64,000 nt of DNA from an uncultured Actinomycetes bacterium. Its GTDB lineage: Bacteria > Actinomycetota > Actinomycetes > Acidothermales > Acidothermaceae. The translations under genes were made by a program, and so were the position numbers. The DNA is taken from NCBI GenBank assembly GCA_963836475.1, contig CAWIJQ010000004.1:81775-145774 (forward strand). Reading direction: 5' to 3'. The notes under the pieces are model-generated. The model was not told the origin of the DNA. It was given only the letters and a program-made list of their open reading frames with translations, and did not search any database. Below, in pieces: positions 53,461 through 64,000 of the stretch (the stretch's first letter is position 1; each line of letters begins with the position of its first letter).

Positions 53461-55445
53461 ATGAGTTCGTCGGCGTTTCGGTACGGACCGTGGCACGAAG
53501 GCCCCGACCCGCTCGCGCCGCCGTTCGACATCGCCGCAGGCGCTCGACGAGCTCGGCGACGCCGTGCTCGACGGCGCGAACACCTCCGACGCGTTGCGCG
53601 ACCTCATGCGCCAGGGCACGCCAGGGCTTCGCGGTCTTGACGACATGCTGCGACGGATTCGTGAACAGCGGGCGCGACTGCGGAATCAAGGGTCGCCTCG
53701 GACGGCACGCTCGAAGAGGCGCGGGCGTTGCTCGACAAGGCGGTCGGTCAAGAGCGCGCCGAGTTGTTCCCTGACCCGAGCGACGATGCTCGGTTGCGTG
53801 AAACAGAACTCGACACGTTGCCGTCAGACCCGGCGCGGGCGATTCGCGCGCTGGCTGACTACGAGTGGCGATCCGACGCGGCGCGGGCTACGTACGAGGA
53901 ACTGAAGGAACTGCTGCGGCAGGAAGTGCTCGACTCGCAGTTTCGCGGCATGAAGCAAGCCATGCAGTCGATGCAATCGGGCTCGCCCGAATCGCAGGCG
54001 GCGATGCAGGCCGTGAAAGACATGATGGCCGACCTCAACGAGATGCTCGCCGCCGATGCGCGCGGCGAACACACGCAGGAAGACTTCGACCAGTTCATGG
54101 CCAAGCACGGTCAGTTTTTCCCTGACCAGCCAGCGAATCTGGAAGAACTCGTCGACTCGCTTGCGCGTCGTGCGGCCGCGATGGAACGCATGCTCGCATC
54201 GATGACCCCCGAACAGCGCGACGAGTTGGCGGCGCTGATGGCGCAGTCGATGGAAGACATGGGCCTCGCGTCGGAGATGGCGCGGTTGAACGATGCGCTG
54301 CGCACCCGCCGTCCGGATCTTGATTGGACCGGACGCACGCGCATGCGCGGCGAGCAACCACTCGGGATGTCGGATGCGACGACGGCGTTGGAGGAGATGG
54401 CCGACCTCGAGGAGTTGGAGTCGTCGCTCGGCGCAGGACTATCCGGGCGCGACGCTCGAGGACGTCGACGAGGAAGCGATCCGGCGCGCGCTCGGGCGCG
54501 CGGCCGTCGATGACCTGCGGCAGCTGCGCGAGGTGGAGCGCGAGTTGGAGCGGCAGGGCTATTTGCGCCGCGACGGCGGGCGGCTCGAGCTCACCGCGAA
54601 GGCGGTGCGGCGGCTGGGTGCGACCGCATTGCGCCGGGTGTTCGCGTCGCTGTCGAGCAGCACGCGCGGCGATCACGACGTGCCCAACGCCGGGTCGGCC
54701 GGCGAACTCACCGGGTCGTCGCGCGCGTGGCAGTTCGGTGACGAGCAGCCGCTCGACGTCGTGCGCACGGTGTCGAACGCGATCTTGCGTTCGGGGCCGT
54801 CGACTGGTCGTGGCGCTGGTGTGCGAAGCTGCACGTCGACGACTTCGAGGTGGTCGAGACCGAGCGGCGCACGTCAGCCGCGGTGTGCTTGCTCGTCGAC
54901 CTCTCGTGGTCGATGACGTTGCGCGGCACGTGGGGCGTGGCGAAGTCGACCGCGCTCGCGTTGCATTCGTTGGTGTCGACCCGCTTCCCGCAAGACGCGT
55001 TGCAGGTCATCGGTTTTTCCAACTACGCAAGGGTTTTGCAGCCGACCGAGCTGGCCGGCCTCGATGCCGAGATGGTGCAGGGCACGAACCTGCAGCACGC
55101 GTTGCTCATCGCCGGACGATTCCTCGACCGGCATCCTGAGCACGAGCCGGTGGTGCTGGTCGTCACCGACGGTGAGCCGACAGCGCACCTGATGCGCAAC
55201 GGCGACTACACCTTCGACTGGCCGCCCTCGCCCGAGACGCTGGCAGCTGACCTTGGCCGAGGCCGACAAGATGACGCGGCGCGGCGCGACGCTGAACGTC
55301 TTCATGCTCGCCGACGACCGCGGCCTCGTCGAGTTTCGTCGAGAAGCTGGCCAAGCGCAACGGCGGCCGCGTGTTCGCGCCGTCCGACGACAAGCTCGGC
55401 GACTACGTGGTCAGCGACTACCTGCGCGCCCGCCGCGGCCGCTAA
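53461..55445 (+). pseudogene. VWA-domain protein partnered with the preceding AAA+ ATPase, about 5 frame breaks
   Basis: Fragments lie in 53239..53640, 53564..53905, 53728..54513, 54293..54916, 54850..55521 and 55253..55579. The VWA MIDAS region is VCLLVDLSWSM, followed by VVLVVTDGEPTAH. The C-terminus is NVFMLADD...RNGGRVF. Confidence 0.75.
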
Positions 55446-55529
55446 CGCGGATCGCCTGCGGCGGCGGTGCCAACGGCGGCGCGCCTGGTCGGCGTCCACC
55501 AGATTTTGCGGGCCCTCATGAGGCGTTAC

Positions 55530-55565
55530 CCCCCGAGGACACCTTTGCTGGCATGTCCTCGGGGG
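55530..55565 (+). terminator. 12-bp stem hairpin downstream of the VWA gene (terminator candidate, no U-tract)
   Basis: CCCCCGAGGACA-cctttgctggca-TGTCCTCGGGGG lies about 85 nt after the stop at 55445. Confidence 0.4.
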
Positions 55566-55566
55566 T

Positions 55567-55590
55567 GATGATCACGTAAACGTGATCATC
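55567..55590. promoter_or_regulatory. Perfect 10+10 bp palindrome 32 nt upstream of the MFS gene start (operator candidate)
   Basis: GATGATCACG-taaa-CGTGATCATC. Confidence 0.4.
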
Positions 55591-55621
55591 CTGCGGCGGG
55601 CCACCGACCGCCACCGGTAGC

Positions 55622-56914
55622 GTGACGCGGATGAACTGGCTGCGCGGCAAGCTGTTCGGCGACCTGCCCGAGCGAGGTCGCCGTACTCGCCGCCGTCGCG
55701 TTCAGCGTCGCGGTCGGGTTCGGCATCGTCGCGCCGGTCATTCCGGTGTTCGCGCATCACTTCGGCGTCGGCCAGCGCCGAGGTCGGCGCGGTGCTGTCG
55801 GCGTTCGCGTTCATGCGGCTCGCGTCCGCGCTCGGCGTCGGCCGCCTGGTCGACGCGATCGGTGAACGCGTGGTGCTCGCCACCGGCATCGGCATCGTCG
55901 CGGTCAGCAGCGCGCTGGCCGGATTCGCGCACAGCTACCTGCAACTGCTGCTGCTGCGCGGCGCCGGCGGCATCGGCTCGGCGATGTTCTCGGTCAGCGC
56001 GATGGGCCTGCTGCTGCGCGTCGTCGGGCCGACCCAACGCGGCCGTTCGGTCGGACTCTTCCAGGGCGGCTTCCTGCTCGGCGGCATCTCCGGCCCGGCC
56101 ATCGGCGGCCCGCTCGCCGCCTGGTCGATCCGCGCGCCGTTCTTCGTGTACGCCGGAACGCTCGTCGTCGCCGGCACCGTCGCGATGGTCGGCTTGCGTC
56201 GTGCCTCGCTGGCCCGCAAGACCGAAACGACGTCGGACGCCGACCAAGCCCGCTCGCGCCAGCCTCGCCGACGCCTTGCGCCAACGCGCCTATCGAGCCG
56301 CGCTTGCCGCGAACCTCGCCGACAGCTGGGCCGCGATGGGTGTGCGCAACACACTCGTCCCGCTGTTCGTCGTCGAGTCGCTGCATCGCGGCACCGCGTG
56401 GGTCGGCATCGGATTCACGATCGTCGCGTGCTATCAACGCCGGCCACCCTGATCCCGGCAGGTCGCTCGTCGACCGACAGCGGCCGTCGTCCGATCATGG
56501 TGGGCTGGCTGCTTGCTGTCGGCCTAGCTCGATGGCGCTGCTCGCGCTGTCGCCGAGACTCATCGGCTACGTCGTCGCGATGGTCGATCTTCGGCATCGG
56601 CTCGGGACTGCTCGACGTCGCGCCGGCCGCAGTTGTCGGCGACGTCGCGGGCAAGGGCGGCGGCACCGTGGTCGCCGCGATTTCAGATGGCAGGGGACGG
56701 CGGTTCGGTGAGCGGTCCGATCGTCGCTGGCTGGGTGGCCGACACCTGGTCTTACGGCACCGCGTTCTGGGTCACGACCGGCGTGCTCGCCGGTGCCGCG
56801 GCGCTCGCCGCCAGATCTCCTGACGCAAAATTGCTGGAGCATGTCGAGAACGGTCTGCCGGCTCCGTCTCTTGACGAAAGCGCCGCGATAGGCGCACCAA
56901 CGAACGGAGCCTGA
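55622..56914 (+). pseudogene. MFS transporter, many frame breaks
   Basis: Fragments lie in 55622..56452, 55792..56823 (LASALGVGRLVDAIGERVVLATG...LLLRGAGGIGSAMFSVSA...GRSVGLFQGGFLLGGISGP), 56304..56711 and 56633..56914. Confidence 0.75.
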
Positions 56915-58970
56915 CGGCTCGACTCAGCTCGTGACGGGCGGGCTCGTGATCGGGCGGCGTCATCACCGGCAGGAGAGCGCGACCCAGTTCTGGAGCCCGC
57001 AGCAGCGCGTACGTGGCGCTGACGTGGCTGCTGTCTTGGTAGACGATCACGTTCTGCACGACTGCCGGGCAACTCACCTCGGTGCAAAACCACGGCGTCG
57101 GATCTATCACGGTCGCACCGGCCCGTTCTGCGCCGTTGATCTCGGCCTGCCTGCCAGCGGAGTCGAGAGCCGCCTGGTCTCGCGGGATCGCGCAACGTTC
57201 GATGTCGGTCGTGTGCTGCGACAGGCAATCGGGAATGCTCCCGATGATGGCAGGCGACGGCGTGTCGGCGAGGAACACGGTCGTTGCGCCCGACGCTGCG
57301 AGCGACGTGATGGATTTCTCGAATCCATCCGGATCGGCTGCCGCGATCGGTCGCGCTTGCGAACCGACGATGATGAGCGCCGGGTGCAACGCGACGACGT
57401 CGGCGATGACGGTCGGACGCCAGGTGTTGCACTCGGTGTAGACGCGTTTCAGGATCGGGTAGACGAAGTCAGGGTAGTCGCCGATCGGGCATCCCGACTT
57501 GGCGAAGTACGCCAGCTTCCAGTGGTTGGCGAGCGCGATGGCATTCACTGCGCCGAACCACATGCCCGCGTGCGAATCGCCGATCAGCACAACCTGGGTA
57601 GTACCGGCCGCGTCGCCGAAACCGTTGCACGGCAGCTTGGGCGAGTCGGCTGAGTCGTTGAGCTCACATCCACCTGTATCCGGATAGTCGGTCGAGGCAC
57701 GCGTAAGCGGCACCACAGTGTTGGGCAGGTGCTTCTGTGTCAACGCCAAGGTGAGCGCCGCTTGGACGTTCGCGGAGTCCGTCGTCGCGATCGCTACACC
57801 GCCAGGCAGGGTGAGCAATGCCGGGACGACGAGTGCAGTCACCACCGAGGCGGTAACGAGCGCGGTCCCAAGTGCCAGCCCACGGCGCGGCTTTGTCACC
57901 AGAATCCGCTGACGTTGGAACGGCTGCTCGACGAGCACATAGGTCAGCACCGACAGCAGTACTGCGCCGCTGATGGCCGCGCATCGTTGCGCGACCGTGA
58001 GGGGGTGGCCGACGGCGTCCGGCATGAGGATCAGTAACGGCCAGTGCCAGAGGTAGAGCGAATAGGAGATACGGCCGGTCCAGCGCATCGGCCAGATTTT
58101 GAGCAACGCTTCCGGCCCGAACGATGGAGCAGGGCCGCAGCCAGCCGCAATGATCAGTGCGGCGCCGGCGACCGGAAGGACGGCGGCCGCGCCGGGGTAG
58201 ATCGTGTTCGCGCCGTATGCCACGCACGAGATGACGATGGCCGCGAGTCCGAGCCAGGCTGTCATCGCGGCGAGCGGTCGAGGTAGTCGCCGCAGGCGTT
58301 TCGGCGGTCGCGGCAATCAGTGCGCCAACGGCGAGTTCCCAAACCCGCGTGTGCGTACCGAAGTAGCCGTACGGCGCCGACACGTTCGTGACGTGGATCG
58401 ACGCCCACAGTGATGCGACGATCACCACGACGAGCGTTGCGACGAGTGCGCGAGCCCTGGTTCGGCTCCTCTTGTTGCGGACGGCGAAGAGCACGGCGGC
58501 GAGCAGGAGCGGCCAGCCGAGGTAGAACTGCTCCTCTACCGACAACGACCAGTAGTGCTGGAATGGCGACGGCGGCGCGGCGGCCTGGAAGTAGTTCGTA
58601 CCCTGTGCTGCCAGTCGCCAATTGACACCGAACAATGCGGCGGCCAGGCCGTCCCGGGCGATAGCGCCGAGCCGCAAGGGCGGCGACCACAGATATGCAC
58701 CGATGAGTGTCGCGACCGTGACGAGGGTGGCCGCCGGCACGATGCGGCGCGCGCGGCGGGCATAGAACCCGGCGAAGGAGAAGCGGCCGCGTTGCTGCGC
58801 TTCATCGAGCAGCTGGCGGGTGATCAGGAACCCCGAGATCACGAAGAAAACGTCGACGCCGACGTAGCCGCCAGGGAGTCCCATGGCTGCGTGCGACAAG
58901 ACGACGGCGATGATCGCGACAGCCCGCAGACCCTCGATGTCAGGGCGAAATTTGCGCTGGCCTAACTCAT
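56772..58970 (-). pseudogene. Acyltransferase-3 family membrane protein with a C-terminal SGNH domain (OafA-like), 2-3 frame breaks
   Basis: The ATG at 58970 is followed one base out of frame by FRPDIEGLRAVAIIAVVLSH. VDVFFVISGFLIT...HYWSLSVEEQFY is in 57664..58899. RISYSLYLWHWP and the SGNH part VVLIGDSHAG...YQDSSHVS are in 56772..58316. An alternative stop at about 56924 would remove the overlap with the MFS gene. Confidence 0.8.
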
Positions 58971-59248
58971 CCGCCTCGGACGTCCGTGGCGAGGAGGTGA
59001 TGTGCGGCCGAGTCGCGACGAAACCGCGAGATCGGTGAGTCTGACTGACGATGAGGCTCTACCCTCTCTGGCATCGAGGCAGCGTGGGCGAGGCGTCGAA
59101 CACATCGAGCCGATGGAAATCCGGCTTCCGTCCAAGGCGTCATCGTAACCTCGGGCTTTCATCGGTCCGTGGGTCGCGATCCTGTGAGATAACTTGGGCG
59201 TTCGCTGTTCGTGCGCGCGACGTCAAACGAGTCGAGTACGCGACGCGA

Positions 59249-59479
59249 CTACCCGGCCCACGCGTCCGTTACCACACCGGTGCTGAGGTCGACGGTCATG
59301 CGCCTAGCACTCCGGTCCGCGGTGATCGGTTCGTCGGCGGACCGGACCCGCAGCTGATAGCCAAGCTTCTCGGCCAAAGCCCGCGCCTGTACCTCGGACA
59401 ACCCGATGAACTCGTGTGCATGCGAGCGGGTCGCCGCGAGCGCTTCGTCGAAACTGGTGGGACCGGCGGCAGCGTCCAT
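59249..59479 (-). CDS. Possible peptidase-inhibitor I78-family protein (77 aa)
   Basis: The distal part of ORF 59249..59617 reads FIGLSEVQARALAEKLGYQLRVRSADEPITADRSARRMTVDLSTGVVTDAWAG, which resembles the I78 pattern. The start is uncertain and no clear signal peptide is present. Confidence 0.4.
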   Translation of the reverse strand: MDAAAGPTSFDEALAATRSHAHEFIGLSEVQARALAEKLGYQLRVRSADEPITADRSARRMTVDLSTGVVTDAWAG

Positions 59480-59797
59480 GCCGAAGACTAAGCATGGGGC
59501 CGGGGTTGTCGGCAAGTACGCGAGCGCAACGCGGCAAAACCATCGGTAGGAAGATCGCCCGCTATTGCCGCGATTGCTCGCCATCGCTATTGCCGCGAAA
59601 ACGGTCGTCGGTTTCATACTTTCCGGCGTGGTGGGTTCTGCTCGCGGGTCGGGAGAACCCTTTGGGGCCGGTTCGGCTCGGCGTCGGAGTCCCGCACCTG
59701 CAAGGTGCCGGCCCCTGCAGCCGATCGCGGCGTCGGTAACCCGCTTAGGGGCGGTCCGTAGCGTTTTCGGAACGATTAGTGCCTACCGTCTTGCTAC

Positions 59798-61010
59798 GTG
59801 GGGGCTAGTGGAGGTGGTGCGGTGGCTTCGCAGTCGGACGGCGAGCGCGACGGCTTACGGGTCCGTTTCCGGTGGGCGGGACCGCGGACCGCGCTTGTGG
59901 TCGGTGTCTTGACGCTGCTCATGTTCGCGGCGTGCGTCCCGTTGGCGAAGGTTTCGAAGACGGGTAACCCCCCGGTGCTGGTGCTTCCCTTCGCGGTGCT
60001 CGGGTTCGTGCTGGCACGCAGGCAGCCGCGGAACCCCATCGGCTGGATCATGCTCTTGCTAGGCCCGGTCTTCATCGTCAGCTCCGCCGCCGGCATGTAC
60101 TCCGTTTTGGCGTATCGGGTCGACGGCCACGATTTGCCGCTGTCGCGCCTCGCTGTCGTCCTGGCGCCGGCCTGGGTGTTGTTGCAGGTGGTTTTGCCCC
60201 TCCCGATCCTGCTGTTTCCCGACGGTCGGATAGTGGCGCGGTGGTGGCGACGGACACTTTGGGTGTTCCTCGCGATCGCCGCGCTTTGGATCGGCACCCT
60301 TGCTGTGCTCGGATCCGCTGCGTTCCGCCAACATCCGGTGCGTATCGACTCGGCGGGGCAGTCGGTCGCATCTGGACGGCACCACGCACGGCGTAGCCGC
60401 CGGCATCCAGGACGTGGTCTTAGTCACCTACGTCGCGCTTGTCTTGTCGTGGGTCCTCAGGTTGCTGATCAGCTATCGCGGTTCGGCCGGCGACCTTCGG
60501 CAGCAACTCAAATGGCTGATGGTCGGCGGCGCACTTTGCGTGGTGGGAATCCTTTCGGGCGCACTGCTCAGCGGCATTGCGTCGGCGCTGTTCTCCCTCA
60601 TCCTCGCGTTCCCCGTGTGCATCGGCATCGCGATTCTGAAGTACCGGCTCTACGACATCGACCGGTTGATCAGCCGGGCGCTGTCGTACCTCATCGTCAC
60701 CGGGCTGCTGATCGGCATGTACGTCGGCTTGGTCACGCTGGCCACGCGCGCATTGCCGATGTCATCCCCGGTCGGGGTCGCCGCGTCCACCCTCGCCGTT
60801 GCGGCGCTGTTCAACCCGCTGCGACGCCGGGCACAGGGCCTAGTCGACCGCCGCTTCAACCGGGCCCGCTACGACGCAGACGCCACTATCGCTGCGTTCG
60901 CGGCCGCGCTGCGCAACGAGATCGACCTCGATCGCGTCCAGCGCGATCTCGTAGAGGTCGTCGCCCGATCGGTACAACCTGCGCACGTCGCGGTCTGGAT
61001 CCGCTCGTAG
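59798..61010 (+). pseudogene. Polytopic sensor-type membrane protein resembling the N-terminal module of actinobacterial histidine kinases, with no kinase domains; one frame break near 60370
   Basis: The N-terminal TM bundle is in ORF 59798..61159. ILKYRLYDIDRLISRALSYLIVTG...ALFNPLRRRAQGLVDRRFNRARYDADATIAAF...VQPAHVAVWIRS ends at a stop in ORF 60300..61010. Confidence 0.6.
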
Positions 61011-61240
61011 AGTTCGAGCGCATGCGCTCAAGGCAGGGCTGCGAAAGCGCGTCGTCCAGTGCTTCGGTCGGCTTGGTTCAAGGTTCAGCGCCAACCTGGC
61101 CTCTCACGGCACCAGTGGCGCGACAGCCGTCAGCACCCGTGCGACGCCGGGTGGCATGACCCGACGGCGACGTCATGCCATCGATGGTTGGGTAGGACAC
61201 TTGCAACGAACAGTCGGCGGACGACGGCAGGAGAAGGCCG

Positions 61241-62104
61241 ATGGCACGGGTCGCGGTTACCGGCAGTAGCGGCAAGCTAGGTAGGGCCGTTGTGGACCAC
61301 CTCGTCGAGCACGGCTGGGACGTCGTGGCACTGGACCGCGTGCCTTCCACGCGTGCAGACGTCGTCTCCTCGGTCGTCGAGCTGACCGACTTCGGACAGG
61401 CTGTCGAGGCACTGAGCCGGATCGACGACAGGCACGACGGCGTGGATGCGCTCGTCCATCTAGCGGCGATCCCAGCCCCTGGCCTGCTGCCCAACGCGGC
61501 TACTTTCGCGAACAACATGACGGCGTCGTACAACGTCTACAGTGCCGCGATCCGGGCAGGAGTACGCAAGATCGTCTGGGCGTCGAGCGAGACCGTGCTC
61601 GGTCTGCCGTTCGACGAGCCGCCACCGTATGTACCTGTCGACGAGGAGTACCCGCCGCGTCCGAACAGCACTTATGCGCTGGTCAAGACGCTCGAGGAGG
61701 AGTTGGCCCGACAGCTGTGCCGGTGGCATCCGACCCTGTCGATGACCGGGCTGAGGTTCAGCAACGTCATGTACCCCGAGGACTACGCAAAATTTCCTTC
61801 CTACGACGCCGATCCAAAGCTGCGGCGATGGAATCTGTGGGGCTATATCGATGCCCGCGACGGGGCACAGGCGGTGCGCCTCTCTCTTGAGCACGAAGCA
61901 GTTGGCGCGGACGTGTTCATCATCGCCAATGCCGACACCGTCATGTCGCGCTCGAACGATGAGCTGCTCGCCGAGGTCTTCCCCGATGTCGCGCTGAGCC
62001 GACCAATAGGCCCGAACGAGACGTTGCTGTCAATCGACAAGGCCCGGCGCGTGCTCGGATACAAGCCGGCGCATTCGTGGCGCAACGAGAATCCCGCTGG
62101 CTGA
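61241..62104 (+). CDS. NAD-dependent epimerase/dehydratase family protein (extended SDR)
   Basis: Intact 287-aa ORF with VAVTGSSGKLGRAVV (Rossmann), ASSETVLG and YALVKTLEE (YxxxK). Confidence 0.85.
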   Translation: MARVAVTGSSGKLGRAVVDHLVEHGWDVVALDRVPSTRADVVSSVVELTDFGQAVEALSRIDDRHDGVDALVHLAAIPAPGLLPNAATFANNMTASYNVYSAAIRAGVRKIVWASSETVLGLPFDEPPPYVPVDEEYPPRPNSTYALVKTLEEELARQLCRWHPTLSMTGLRFSNVMYPEDYAKFPSYDADPKLRRWNLWGYIDARDGAQAVRLSLEHEAVGADVFIIANADTVMSRSNDELLAEVFPDVALSRPIGPNETLLSIDKARRVLGYKPAHSWRNENPAG

Positions 62105-62134
62105 CCGTCGTCCGATCGCGAAAGGATTGAGGGT

Positions 62135-62776
62135 GTGAAGAAGTACATCCTCTTCGATCACGACGGTGTTCTCGTCGATACCGAGTTCTGGTACTACCGG
62201 GCTGGACAACGCGCTCTTGCGGATTTGGGCGTGACGTTGGACAAGGAGCAATACCTCCGGGACATGAGCCAGGGATTGGGCACGTGGGCCCAAGCCAGGG
62301 CGGCAGGTATTGATGACGAGACGATCCGCAGGCAGCGCGCGGTTCGTGATGTCTACTACCGGGAGTATCTGAGAACAGAAGCGATCGAGATCGAAGGCGT
62401 CGTCGATACTCTTGCGGAGCTTTCGAAGTACGTGCGCATGGGCATCGTGACGACGGCGAAGCGAGCCGATTTTGAGATCATCCATGAGAAGCGCCAGATC
62501 AGACAGTTCATGGATTTTGTGCTTGTCCGCGAGGACTACGAGTTCGCGAAGCCACACCCGGAGCCCTACCTGACCGGATTGAAGCGCTTCGGAGCCACCA
62601 AGGAAGAGACGCTTGTGGTCGAGGACTCGTCCAGAGGGCTGAACTCAGCTGTGGCGGCCGGTATCGAGTGCGCCGTCGTGCACAACGACTTCACGAAAGC
62701 GCAGGACTTTTCCCAGGCCAAGTATCGGATCAGCACTCTCAATGACCTGAAAGACATCGTCCTCGGCATCACCTGA
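62135..62776 (+). CDS. HAD-superfamily hydrolase (subfamily IA, beta-phosphoglucomutase-like)
   Basis: Intact 213-aa ORF with ILFDHDGVLVDTE (DxD motif I), GIVTTA (motif II), AKPHPEPY and LVVEDSSRGLNSAVAAG. The first 100 nt are about 55% GC by hand count, against about 68% for typical genes here. Confidence 0.85.
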   Translation: MKKYILFDHDGVLVDTEFWYYRAGQRALADLGVTLDKEQYLRDMSQGLGTWAQARAAGIDDETIRRQRAVRDVYYREYLRTEAIEIEGVVDTLAELSKYVRMGIVTTAKRADFEIIHEKRQIRQFMDFVLVREDYEFAKPHPEPYLTGLKRFGATKEETLVVEDSSRGLNSAVAAGIECAVVHNDFTKAQDFSQAKYRISTLNDLKDIVLGIT

Positions 62777-62839
62777 GGGCCCAGATGGAGTGCGGCCGGC
62801 GCTGCGGCCTACGCGAAGCGGGTGGGGAAGACTGGGGCC

Positions 62840-63390
62840 ATGGAGTTCTTTTGCTACCACCAAGACCGTCCTGGCTCGGCCGCGCTACGAGACAAACTGC
62901 TCGAAGGTCATTGGTCTTACATGGATCGGTACGCGTCGACGATGATTGCCCGGGGCCCGACCCTTGCCGATGACGGCGAGACGGCGACGGGCAGCGTGCA
63001 CATCATCGATCTGTCAGGTCCTTCAGCTGCCCGTGCCTTTGCGCTCGACGAGCCCAACTACCAAGCGGGGGTGTATCGCGACGTATTGCTGCGCCGCTGG
63101 CGCAACCTGTTGGGACGCACGATGTGGGAATCCCCTCGTACACCGGCGATGGCAACCGCTACCTGGTGATCGGACTCGGTCCGCAGCCCGCCGCCGAACT
63201 GGCTCAACCGCCCGAGCACACCGAGCTGATTGCGTACGGGCCGCTGCTGTCTGACGACGGCGTCAACTGGCTCGGTACCGCGGCGCTGGTTCGGGCGCAA
63301 AACGCGGTCACCGCACGCACGGTGCTGGCTGAGGACACTTACATCCAGGTTGAAGTCCACAACTGGCAGCCTGGCGGCCGTCCGTCCTAA
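62840..63390 (+). pseudogene. Tandem YCII-domain protein, one frame break near 63125
   Basis: The first YCII-like unit, MEFFCYHQDRPG...RDKLLEGHWSYM...GSVHIIDL...FALDEPNYQAGVY, is in ORF 62822..63169. The second unit, YLVIGLG...IAYGPLLSDDG...GTAALVRA...YIQVEVHNW, is in ORF 63124..63390. Confidence 0.65.
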
Positions 63391-63495
63391 CGGTGCAAGG
63401 TCAGTCGAACCTGGCTAGCACAGAACTCGAATGCGTCCTGTTGCACAGTTTCGAAGCTGAACTCGACTTCTGACCCGCGTATCAACCGGTGACGA

Positions 63496-64000
63496 CTAGG
63501 TGCGTCTCGGGGTCGCGGTCGGGGTGATCCAGACGGAGGCGTGTGTCGGCGCGACGGCTTGGTTGACCGCGTGGCGCAGTTCTTGGTTGATCGTGTCGAG
63601 GTCGACGGCGTCGCGGAGCCGGATCGTGAAGGCGGCGATGATCGCGTCGGCGTCGTAGCGGGCGCGGTTGAAGCGCCGGTCGACGAGCGCGTTGCACGCG
63701 GCGGCGTAATGGGTTGAAGAGCGCGGCCGCGGCGAGCGTCGAGGCCGCGACTGCCGACGGGGAGGAGAACGGCAGGACGCTCGTGGTCAGCGCGACCAGG
63801 CCGAGGAAGACGCCGACCAGCAGGCCGGTGATCACGAGGTAGGAGAGCGTGCGGCTGATCAGCCGGTCGATCTCGTAGAGCCGGTACTTCAGGATCCCGA
63901 CGCCGATCGCGAGCGGGATGGCGGTCAGGCCGACGGCGGCGATGTCGGTGACGACGCGCCCCGCGCTGCTCGTGTTGTTGGTCGAGACGAGGTAGATCGA
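63496..64000 (-). pseudogene. Paralog of the 59798..61010 sensor-type membrane protein, partial (runs off the window end), one frame break near 63700
   Basis: The reverse translation of 63700-64000 gives ...GILKYRLYEIDRLISRTLSYLVITGLLVGVFLGLV...AALFNPLRRRVQ. LVDRRFNRARYDADAIIAAF...THASVWITPTATPRRT then continues in the next frame, ending at TAG 63496-63498. Confidence 0.6.

Noticed and set aside
59560-59598. A 14-nt direct repeat, CGCTATTGCCGCGA, present twice (59560-59573 and 59585-59598)
   Set aside because: There are only two short copies in a region of uncertain coding status upstream of the I78-like gene. I have no supporting context and cannot distinguish it from chance or a local slippage duplication.

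Overview
High-GC actinobacterial chromosomal segment: hand counts give about 68% GC in typical coding DNA, falling to about 50-55% in a few spots. The mycothiol genes mshB and mca place it in Actinomycetota. Several neighbourhoods resemble mycobacterial ones as I recall them: greA-mca, an Rv1086-like prenyl transferase, fumC-glpX, xseB-xseA-ispH-ychF, typA, an Sdh1-type sdh operon, and alkA-ogt. I can support about 60 protein-coding loci, one IS30-family insertion sequence, two hairpin terminators and a few palindromes or tandem repeats. I saw no rRNA, tRNA or CRISPR array. The dominant oddity is that roughly half of the loci can only be rebuilt by joining 2 to 9 ORF-track fragments lying in different frames. 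My hand count is on the order of 70 or more frame breaks, and they fall in multi-kb blocks that alternate with blocks that have none. I list such loci as pseudogenes, but uncorrected assembly indels are an equally good explanation. The most interesting biology is an apparent operon at 47.9-51.9 kb. It encodes a HAMP plus methyl-accepting (MA) signalling protein with an unusual C-terminal beta-rich domain, a stand-alone FIST sensor protein and a ROK sugar kinase, with no che genes in the window. It is divergent from an AAA+/VWA gene pair. Other leads are an SdhB iron-sulfur subunit read through into an extra domain of about 270 aa, a long structured leader (possible c-di-AMP riboswitch) ahead of a secreted transglycosylase-like gene, and two inverted kinase-less sensor-membrane paralogs bracketing a lower-GC three-gene island. 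All calls come from reading the translations and sequence by eye; no searches were run.
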